A DNA stretch of 63,516 nucleotides, counting the filler. It is 12 parts of 12 records of this genome, joined end to end, with 100 filler letters (N's around TTAATTAATTAA, not from the genome) between each part and the next. Parts side by side here need not be neighbours in the genome. Positions count along the whole stretch, not along the records: positions 27,734 to 32,634 come from SRR15195285_384; positions 32,735 to 36,193 come from SRR15195285_385; positions 36,294 to 44,120 come from SRR15195285_386; 9 more parts are not named here. The stretch is one strand, 5' to 3'. Position numbers and translations under genes: made by a program. Below are positions 31,101 through 40,500 of this stretch, piece by piece (position 1 is the stretch's first letter; each line of letters opens with the position of its first letter). The notes under the pieces were generated by a model. The model worked only from the letters and a program-made list of their open reading frames with translations. It made no database searches and was not told where the DNA came from.

Positions 31101-31708
31101 CGACGCAGCATGTGCAACAGGAACAAGGACAGGAGCATCTGCCTTCTCGTCGGTGTGCTGTTGCGTTGGAGCTGCAGGACGGAGAACTGCTCTCAGGGAC
31201 AGTGTATGCAGAGCTTCCAACACCCAAAGGCTGCCATTCAGATGATGGGCATGCAATGGTTGCACCTCTTGGATACGTGCTTTGGATTAAAAAGGCTGGG
31301 CTTGCAAGGCTGGCTGCCAGTGTTGGCGATGAGATTCACTTCGCGGTCAACAGCAGCACTTGGCAGCCATCGGGACAAACTGTTAGTAGCACATCAACGA
31401 GACTGAGCGGTGAGCTGAACGATATTGTCCGCAGAGAGCAAGCTTCGACCAGATATATGGAGCTGCCGCTGGCGTCGCAACCACGGCTGCGGGTGTGGAT
31501 CAAACCAGCCGAGAGCGCAGAGACGACGCCAAGAGCAGGACCACCAGAACCTCAGAGTCTGGCTCCTGCTTTGGTCACGATGGCTCCAGGAGTTGCTGTC
31601 GCACGGTGCCCTCTACGCGCTGGTCTTCCAGTAGTAGGCAGTCACCCGCTCCCAAGCAAACTGCTGGTATCAGCCGCAACGGCGGAGGCCATTATCCCAC
31701 AACCCTGA
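28169..31708 (+). CDS. Protein with four repeats of a B3/DNA-binding pseudobarrel-like domain, 3 exons
   Basis: Repeat starts: FVREVRPYFLDKPRLKL, LHRHIGGSFKDRPRFVVP, FSKAVLPTFLKTGRCKL, WSKQISANFLKEGRLKVP. Repeat ends: KLQLSAGDKLMF, RLQLAAGDQLRL, QLNLSVGDTMEF, RLAASVGDEIHF. Exons 28169-29041, 29162-29649, 29764-31708. NLS-like RGKKRSR. Confidence 0.65.
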
Positions 31709-31815
31709 TTGATGATGTCGACGGAAGAAGGTACTCGCAGCCTCCCGGTGCATGCAGCACTGCAGCGAGCGAATGCAGCCCATACGACGTTTCACCAACA
31801 AAATCGCAAAGGGGT

Positions 31816-32481
31816 TCATTTGTTCATTTCACCAGTAACTGTCTGCTTGCCCTTGAAACGTTTTCGCATATCCACCTGATCCGGACAGAACCAACGAGAG
31901 AGCCACAGAGACGAGAAAGAGAGAGAGAGACGCACGAAGAGAGCACGCGCAAGTAGCATCAGAGTCACAGCTGTCGAATGCGGGCTGTCAACCTCTGAGA
32001 AAAGTAGATACAGAAACGCAATGACTATACCTGCGAGCGGTTGCATAGTTTGACAGCCTCGTGCAGTGTCGCGCACTCCTCTGGCACGCCGGCCGCGTTC
32101 TTCCTCGCGCACTGCTTCAGCTCAGCGTTTCCGGCAGACGGTCCTTTTGATTTGAAGCAGTCCGAGTTCATGAGACAGAGAACATACCTATCGAATATCG
32201 CATCGCACGAGCCTCGAGCTTCGACCTCGTAGGCCTGATTGTTGAGCAGTGGCACCTGCTCCGACCAGCCACTCTCTCGATCAAACGGCCGTATGGCGAC
32301 ATCTTCCGGGGCAAGTTGGTAAACCACTGCATGACTGGGCCCAAGCAACTCTCTCGATCAAATGTCTGCAAGATAATTGGAAAGGCGGAAAGAGTGCACG
32401 ATTGAGCAGGTCTGGTACATCGTCATCCTTTGGCGCGCTGACCCCCGGCCGCTGCCCAGCTGCCCCTGCCGGCGCGCTCAT
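31816..32481 (-). CDS. COA5: Cytochrome c oxidase assembly factor COA5/PET191-like, 3 exons
   Basis: SCDAIFDRYVLCLMNSDC...QC...VPEECATLHEAVKLCNRSQ|VDMRKRFKG, matching the Pet191 Cys pattern and the C-terminal DMRKRFxG. Exons 32481-32419, 32255-32031, 31875-31816. Confidence 0.85.
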
Positions 32482-33057
32482 CGCAAGCCAGCCTCAGGAG
32501 CGCTCGCAGCGGCGGAGCAGGTCAAAGCTATGGCCTGTCCTCAGCGCTCACTGCAGTCCCTGCCAGGGGGCCCAGGGGCCTCGCAATCGAACGCAGCGCA
32601 GCTGGGCGTTTCAGCCGCGCTCACTGCGCCGTCGNNNNNNNNNNNNNNNNNNNNNNNNNNNNNNNNNNNNNNNNNNNNTTAATTAATTAANNNNNNNNNN
32701 NNNNNNNNNNNNNNNNNNNNNNNNNNNNNNNNNNCTGAGGCTTCAGTAGATCTAAAATCTCGGACGAAACGCAATAACCCGGCGGTTGTTGGGCGAGGGT
32801 GGGTGGTCGTCGGCCCGCCGCGGCGCAGCGGGCACGCGCTGCGCATGCGCGCATGCACCAGGGCGCCGGCGCGCACGCCGGGTGCGCGCACGCCGCGGTA
32901 TACCGGCGACGCGCGCGAGCATGCGTTGCGTCCGAGTTAGAGAGCGAGTAGTCCGTCACGTGACCGACCGACTCAGACACTCCGTCTTGGTGGCCAGCAG
33001 CAGACCCTCGGAGACAGCGTGAGCGCGACAGAGCGTGCAGTGCGGTCCGCCGCTGGT

Positions 33058-33738
33058 ATGCCAGCCTCAGAGACAGAGCAGACAGACAATCCGCTCGCAT
33101 CAAGCGATGCGTACCCAAGAGGGCGGCTCGGGGTAGTGAGTGACCCACAAGGACGCGAGGAGATCAAGGACGAGTGGAACTCGCCCATGCTCGCCCTGCA
33201 AGCGGACCAAATCTATTCCCGGCTGGAGGGAAGGTGGTCAGCACAGGCCGTGCAATGCACACTCAACTCAGCTATCGCTTTAACGATAGCCTTCGGGTCC
33301 GAGTTCATGAGCTTGGACCAGTTCAGCATCGTCGCGCGGCGGGCGTATCTCTGCGTCTCTGCTGCTTCATTCCTCTTGAATTTCAACGCCTCCTGCATCT
33401 TCGTCAAACTCATCACAGATCTCGGAAGAACACCGAACCACAGAATGCACGAGCTCGTGCGATATCACGACCTCAACAGTTCTGACATCGTCTATGGGCC
33501 TGGTTATATGATCCTACTAGTGCAGGTGGGGATGGCTTTCTTTGGTCTGGACATTTACGCTGGGGCTGCATACTGCGTGACCTTGGTGGCGACGATGGTC
33601 CTGATGACTAAGGCAGGAAACGCTATAGAGATGCCAAACCACTTTCAATACTCGGCCCCACCTGCCACGCAGTCGCATGCGGACCTGTCGAAGGAGGACG
33701 TGGTGCAGCTATTGCGCCAGCTACTCCGCGAGAGCTAG
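33058..33738 (+). CDS. Small multi-pass membrane protein of unknown function
   Basis: Intronless ORF with GC3-biased codons and about 4 hydrophobic segments (TLNSAIALTIAFG; AYLCVSAASFLLNFNASCIFV; YMILLVQVGMAFFGL; GAAYCVTLVATMVLM). Confidence 0.65.
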   Translation: MPASETEQTDNPLASSDAYPRGRLGVVSDPQGREEIKDEWNSPMLALQADQIYSRLEGRWSAQAVQCTLNSAIALTIAFGSEFMSLDQFSIVARRAYLCVSAASFLLNFNASCIFVKLITDLGRTPNHRMHELVRYHDLNSSDIVYGPGYMILLVQVGMAFFGLDIYAGAAYCVTLVATMVLMTKAGNAIEMPNHFQYSAPPATQSHADLSKEDVVQLLRQLLRES

Positions 33739-34129
33739 GGTTGGCTAGTGGGCGTGTCGGTGCAAAGGTGGAAGAGGAGCGTTGCACAACATTGAATGTG
33801 TCACCGGGCACAGGGCATGTGGGGGTATCTTCATTGCTTGGTAAACGTGACACGTTCCGTCTGCTGTATTGCCTGCTACCAGGCAACCCAGAGAGTGTAC
33901 GACACCCAGCTCTCGCCCACAGTCCAGCCACCAGCAGGCATCCACGGTACAATTCGAATAGTATGGTATTCGAATGGTTCTAGGTACATGCAAAAGCAGC
34001 ATTTGTCGATGTCAGATCCCATCGCTACCTCCGAACTTCTTTGTGGTGTGCCATCTGCTCTATGTCATGCCGAAGAGACATGGTCGAGGGCTAGACTAGT
34101 ACAAGCAGGTGGGTAATACACAAGTACAT

Positions 34130-35875
34130 TCACTGGAGGGTTGGTACCTTCCCTGGCCGCAGGCCAGCCTGCTCACTCACATGATCCAAGAAAGGTAGCA
34201 ACGACGCGGACGAGTCTAAGTCCATCTCGTTCGGCAGACCTTGCTTGCGGCGAATGTGCGCCGCAAGCGCACCGGCCGCGCCTGGATATTTCTCCACCGT
34301 GCTCATTGGATCGGCGATCGTGCGCACAGTGAAGCAGATGAACTTGGATTTCGGCAATCGGCGCAGCGTCTGAAACTCAATGCGGTGCCAAACCTTCTCG
34401 CGGATGTAGTCGTCACCACCTTCAGCGATGCGACCCCACATCCCTGGTAACCGTTTGCTGGGCAGCCCTCCCGTTGCTTCGGCCTGTTCTCCTACGTCAC
34501 TCTGCTCCTGTCGCTGCTGCCGTGCCTTGGCATCTGCGTCCCTCCTTGCCTTCGCTGCCTGCTTCTCCTCCCTGAGCCCCGGAACCACTCTATCTGCCCA
34601 GTCAAAGCCGTGGGACAGTACTCCAGACCATCCATCACCGTCATGGAAACCGTAGTTGTGACGATACCAGCTGATCTCCGGCGTCATTTCAGTGAAGAGT
34701 CTGTTCATGCCCCGCTGCAGATGAAAATACCACCGGTCGACGTTCGGGTTGTGGATGGACGCCATCGAACGTTTATGCCTCGGCTTAGCTTCGAACGAGA
34801 ACGTCGAAACTGCCGACAAGAAGATGTGTTGCTTGCCGCTGGGATGTTCCTCGATGTGATCGCTGAACTCATAGTCTGGGAACGGCGCGCTTCCGCTATT
34901 TGTCCTGGGTAGCGGAGGCAGGTCCACATGGTCAGAAGGCAACTCTTGCTCTTGCAACAGGTACACGTCCTCCTGAATGAGCAAGCCGAGCAGCCGCAGT
35001 GGCTGCTCAGCCCAGCTAGCGAGCTCAAAGCTGTGCCCGTATCCTTTGGTCGTGGTCGAGATTGTTCCTCCATCCTCACTCAGCTGAAAGCGGTGTGGGA
35101 AGTACTCCAGCAAGAACTCGATTGCCATGGCTAGCGTCTCTGCCTCGGCCGCAACAGCAGACGGATCTGTGACATATACGTCGCCATAGTCTTCGAGAAG
35201 AAGGGTGCGCCGCATATTCATCTCAAACGCGTACGTTGCTTCGTCGGAGAGGTGGAGCCAGTCACGCTCGATGTTCAGCACGCCGAGCGAAGACTTCTGC
35301 CGGATCATGTGGTTCACGGTGCGGGTGTCGGCCGGCGGCACTGGTGTGCCGGTCGACTCATCGATGCGGAGCAGCCGGTCAGCGACTGCCCACTGGAAAC
35401 GGAACGTCTCGAGGCCGGTCGCAACGAACTTCGTGTGCGGAAACGGTGACTTGAGGACCTCCGCGTCCGGAACGATGTCCTCATGTGGCAGGATTCCCTC
35501 CCAGAACCGCGAGGATACGCCCACCCCGTCCCACGCTGGCGCACTCACCGAGGAAGAGTCAGCAGGGGCAAGCCTGCCGATCCGGTACCGCGGCGCAAAC
35601 GCGGCGAAAATGGATTGCGAGTGGAGCTCGGTGAAGGCATCGGAGGCGTCCACCCCGGCGTGCCGGAGCAGGCCTCGCGCGCCGCCGGGATGCTGCTCCA
35701 GGAACGATGTAAAATCATACACATCACCGTGGAGCGCGACCCAGCAGCTCGAGCGGGTGCGGTGCTCCGCGACTTCCTCGAGCGTGTAAACTGGGAGCTC
35801 CCCCTCGGCGTCGGCACCCGCCGCTAGCTGCTGCGCCAGCGCCTCGATGCGTGCCACCACGCGCCCGCCGCCCAT
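34130..35875 (-). CDS. Cytochrome b5 - DUF3445 (heme-dependent oxidative N-demethylase alpha-like) fusion with PTS2
   Basis: b5 domain YTLEEVAEH...CWVALHGDVYDFTSFLEQHPGG...AGVDASDAFTELHS. DUF3445 motifs LLIQEDVYLL, SMASIH, MNRLF...WYRHNY and RIEFQTLRRLPKSKFICFTVRT. N-terminal RIEALAQQL. Confidence 0.82.
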   Translation of the reverse strand: MGGGRVVARIEALAQQLAAGADAEGELPVYTLEEVAEHRTRSSCWVALHGDVYDFTSFLEQHPGGARGLLRHAGVDASDAFTELHSQSIFAAFAPRYRIGRLAPADSSSVSAPAWDGVGVSSRFWEGILPHEDIVPDAEVLKSPFPHTKFVATGLETFRFQWAVADRLLRIDESTGTPVPPADTRTVNHMIRQKSSLGVLNIERDWLHLSDEATYAFEMNMRRTLLLEDYGDVYVTDPSAVAAEAETLAMAIEFLLEYFPHRFQLSEDGGTISTTTKGYGHSFELASWAEQPLRLLGLLIQEDVYLLQEQELPSDHVDLPPLPRTNSGSAPFPDYEFSDHIEEHPSGKQHIFLSAVSTFSFEAKPRHKRSMASIHNPNVDRWYFHLQRGMNRLFTEMTPEISWYRHNYGFHDGDGWSGVLSHGFDWADRVVPGLREEKQAAKARRDADAKARQQRQEQSDVGEQAEATGGLPSKRLPGMWGRIAEGGDDYIREKVWHRIEFQTLRRLPKSKFICFTVRTIADPMSTVEKYPGAAGALAAHIRRKQGLPNEMDLDSSASLLPFLDHVSEQAGLRPGKVPTLQ

Positions 35876-36457
35876 TGGCTCCTCTGGATCGTCACCTTGG
35901 ACGGGCGGGCGGCCGGACCGTCTGTCTGGCTTCTTTGTCGCAGGCGACAGTGAGGATCTACACAGGCTGCCGCTCTGACGGTCTCGATCAGCTCCAGCTG
36001 ATCACTGCAGCGCGGGTGCTTTGCGCTGCAGGACGGCGCGTTGGCGGGCCAGCCAGCCACACCTGATGGTCCAGACGCGCTCCGTGCCCACGCAGCCAGG
36101 ATAAGGCGTACTCAGACCCGGTACAGTAGTCGTATTGATATATATGAAATGCTATATATGTGACCCTGAATGCAACCCTAAACCCCACCAGCANNNNNNN
36201 NNNNNNNNNNNNNNNNNNNNNNNNNNNNNNNNNNNNNTTAATTAATTAANNNNNNNNNNNNNNNNNNNNNNNNNNNNNNNNNNNNNNNNNNNNCCCAGTA
36301 ACTCTGGAATCGTACTGTGTGAGCGAGTATGAGGGATAGGCAACAAAAATTGCCTATCATTCGACGTCGCACACAGTACGGGACGGCTCGACTGGCTGGT
36401 TGCGCCTGAGTGGTTCCCCACCTGAGCGCCTGCACCCGCTGCCGCTCGTGCCTGCAG

Positions 36458-37196
36458 GCCGGAGGAGAACTGCGTGCTGCGATCCGAGTATGTGGAAGAC
36501 AACATTACCACGAACGGCGTCGAGCGGCACCTGACGATGGCTAACGTACACATCGCTGATTCGCTCGGCTATGCACGTGAGTTGCTGGTCATCGGACCGT
36601 TCGGCTCGTTCGATGGCAGCAATATTACGTTCTCGCAAGACCCGCAAAGCACAGCCAACTCAGATGGCTCACCCTGCGTCGAAGTAAACGCGCAGGTCTC
36701 CGGGAGACCATACTTCAACTGTACGGATTGTGTCTTCAAGAACTGCAGCAGCATCGGGACGGGCGGTGGTGTCACTGCCGGACCCAACTCCCGGTTGACT
36801 CTTGTGCGGCCCAGGTTCGTCGACTGTTTAGCGGGTTACATTGGCTGGTCGCACACGCACAAACCTGGATTTGGCGATGGGTGCTACTGTGAAAATGCGG
36901 ACCCTAGCTTGTGCGTGGGATGCACGTGCAAGAGTGGGACGGCTGGAGGAGAGCCGGGATGGTACTGCGATAGCAAGCGCACCGGCAACAGCACTGGGAC
37001 ATGTGGCACTGTGCTGCAAGGCCTGTGCGGCAAAGCCAAGGCAAGCAGCCCAGGTGATTGCTTCATCTGTTGTGGATCGCACCAGCAGGCACTCCACGCC
37101 GCCGGGTGTGTGTCAAGCGATTTTGGCCAGTTCTGCGGCCGACCAGAGCGTACAGAATCATCTGGCTCAAGTCGATCTCGCCAGTCTACGAAATGA
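36458..37196 (+). CDS. 3' exon of a Cys-rich, probably secreted protein (beta-helix-like segment plus C-terminal Cys module), 5'-partial
   Basis: Acceptor CCTGCAG at 36457; FNCTDCVFKNCSSIGTGGGV...RFVDC; terminal module CGTVLQGLCGKAK...CFICCGSHQQALHAAGC...FC. Confidence 0.6.
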
Positions 37197-37537
37197 ATGC
37201 CACAAGTAGCGTTCTGTGAACGAAATTTTAGAGTGCCTTCACGGACTTCTGTTTGTGCAGGCGCGTTAGCCCGCAGCAGGCGTCAGTGGACTGCCCTGGA
37301 CAAGTCCTCGGCATGCATGATCGTGAAAATGACCGCACTGTGGATCATAGCAATCCGCTTGTCAACGATTGGCAAAGGGTATAGGAGCCGACTAATGGCC
37401 CGTGTCAATTTCAGCCTCTCCGGCTCGGAGCTCAAAGAGCCCATCGATGTGTACTCCTACTGCCCGGGCAAACCTACTGCCGAACGGTGTCGTGCACAAA
37501 AAAGTTGCATTGTTGTAATGTGCACATTGCTAGGTTA

Positions 37538-40500
37538 CTAGGTCCCAACGGTCTCCGACCTTTTCAGGGCCGCGTGCATGGCCGGGGTTGTCCGGATCTC
37601 TCCTCGGTTGCGGTACATGTCTTCCAAGACGGCATTCCTAATGGAAGGCATCAAAATGCCGACTTTGATGCGAGCTTGCCTACACGCTTCGTTCGTGTTC
37701 GGCAGTGGCTTGCCTGTCTTGCGCTCGCATACAGAGTAGAGAACCTCATGAAAGTTCACCTGCCCCATTATGAGCGTCATCATTGCCTCGTTCGCACGAC
37801 CAGCAGGCACGTCTCCCGCCAGGCGCGCCTCATTCAGTTTCAGCAAGCCTGCTTCAAACTCTTGACGGTCTATCTGCCCATCACCCTGCTCAGCGGCAGC
37901 ATGTTGCGCTTGCTCATCGTCGGCGATATCGCCGTCGAGCAATCGCACCATGGCACCGACTTCGCCGCGCGTGAGGCCACTGATAGAGCGCAGCCTTTCG
38001 TGCAGCCTGTCAGCTGTGAGGCTGACCGCGTCTTCCGATACCTTAGAGTTTGAGCTTTTTCGCAATCGCGCGCGTTTTTCGCGGCCATCTGTCTCAAAGA
38101 CGTGATCTAGAATCCGCCCGATTCTCGCCTTGACCCCATCATCTGTCTCGGCTTCTCGCACCTCTTCCAGCGTTTTGCCCAGTAGGTGATGGGTTGGGTC
38201 GCCGTTTGGTAGCTCAATCAGTCTGAACAGCCTGGCGTCGTAATCGTGCTCTCCGGCAAGCTCATCCATCCCCACCTGCGGTGGCAAGTCATCAAACAAC
38301 GCCTTCAGATCACTCAAGGCAATCCACCCCGTAGCTCTGGGATCGAATTTCTTCCACGAGTCTTGAAATTGACTGATGTGAGCAAGCGTGATGGGCAATC
38401 CAGCAGCTCGGCTGAGGTCTTCGAAAGACCCGATGACCACATTCACGAACATCTCGAGCGTAGTGAACATAATGATGAGGCTGAAGCTGAGGAAGAACAC
38501 TTGCGGCAGACCTGGGGTGCCGCACGTCCCTGCGTCCTCGTCACAGTACGGCGGCTGAACCATAGCCGCGTGAATGGTACATGTAATGCGATCCTTCGTG
38601 GCGACTCCAAGCAGGGTGAGAGCGGCTATAGGAGCACGTTCAAAGTTGGTATTCGGGCCAATGCAACCTGTGTGCTCAAGTTGGCCCATCAAATTCATCG
38701 CTAGGACGGCAAAAATGAAAAGGATTAGCCCGACCAAGATGCCAATGTACGCTAGCTGTGGCAGAGCTTGGTACAGGCACTTCATCACTTCATCCAGGCC
38801 AAGCGTCGACTTGCTGTCACCGAGCAGCTTGAAGATTCGGCCAATTCGTCCAATTACACGAGAGACACGGATAACTCGGAAAAGGCTAGAGGAGAAGAGC
38901 TCGACCCCAAACCAGGTGAAAATAAGATCTGCCCACGAGCCAACGACCACGAAGCAGTCAAATCGGCACCACGAGTCACCAAAATAAATGGAGAACCCAA
39001 ATGCAAACATCTTCAGAACCATCTCAACTGTAAAGATCAGTGTGAACACTATGTTTAGAGCTGCCTGTGCATCCGTCCACTCTTGCGGCTCCTGATAAAA
39101 AGTAGCCGCCATCATGATGCAATTCGCAATGATACAGCCGACAATGAAATGGTCGAACACCTTTTGCTCTACAAGATCGAACGCTTTTGCTTGCAGGCCT
39201 CCCCCACCTATCCCGGATTTGACCATCAGGCCCACATCCTTGTTTGGCTTGGCAAAAGCCAGCTGTCCCAGAATGTCAAGCCAATGTCTCTGATCCTTTG
39301 AAAGATCAGCCATGCCCTCCGATGCAAAGTCTACGTACTTGCCATATATCACACCAATGAACAGGTTGAGGAAGAAAAAGTTGACCAGCACGATGAACAC
39401 CGTGAAGTACAAAATGCGCCACGGCGCGTTCTCCCGGATTGGCTGCTGCCCAGGGAATTCGGGAGCATCGACGGCCAAATGTGCAGTGATGATCCAGTCG
39501 TTGCTGGTGCTCACTGTGAACAGAGTAAACATTCCGTTGGCCACGTTGTCGAAGTTATTGTGCGGACGCACCCACACGTTGTTCTGCAATGCTCCACCTT
39601 CGATGTAAGTTCCGACACACGTGTCGATGCCACTGACACCCACGCCATCTGTGCACCTGTGGAACCGACCTTTGAATGTGGACACGCCAAGAATCGCGTA
39701 GGCCACAAATATGATGACTGTAACAGTGAAGGTAGCAGAGAGGGCTTTGGTAGACTCAAGCAGACTATCGATGAGCACTTTCAACCCAGTCATTCTGTTA
39801 AACATTCGCAGAGCGCGAAGAGCGCGCAGTAATCGCAATGTGCGCAAAAATTTGATTTCTAGCGCACTCGCTAGATAATCGAGCCAGCTTACGACGACAA
39901 TCATGAAGTCTAGACGATTCCACCAACCCCTGAGATACGCAGTGTCCTCCCGAACAAAGCCAACAGCCACGATCCGGACGCACATTTCAACAGTGAAAAT
40001 GATGGTGAAAATCATGTCAAAGGTCAACAGGAGTATACCGTGTTGGCTGAGAGGATCCACGCCCGGATGGTCCATAGCCATCGTGATGCAGTTGGATACG
40101 ATGAGTAGCAAAATGAACCGGTCTGTGTTCTGAGACTCAGCAATCGCAATGCAAAGCTGCCTGAAACGACTCCCAGGCGAGAAAATACCACACGATTTAC
40201 TCGTTCCAAAATTCCCATCGTTAATGTCATAGACTTGTTCATCAGGATCGTCAGCCACGTCGTACTCGAAAGTCGAGACGTTGGTGTCGATTCGTGGGCT
40301 GGTTTTAAGCGGATTTTGGAAATCATCTTCAGATGGTGCAGCCTGAACGTCACCATCTCCGGTCTCATGGCTACTTATGACGTACACGTCGAGAATGATC
40401 ACGAGAAGCAGATTAAGCATGACCAACGCGCCTATCACTACCCACGCGATAAAGAAAATGGCAGACCAGCCACCAGTAGCACGAATTGCATCGTACATGA

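Noticed and set aside
36160-36193. ACCCTGAA...ACCCTAAACCCC telomere-like words at a contig end
   Set aside because: Only one or two degenerate units, too few for a telomere call.
37197-37541. 114-aa ORF between convergent genes
   Set aside because: No recognisable motif; it lies in the 3' UTR space of two genes.
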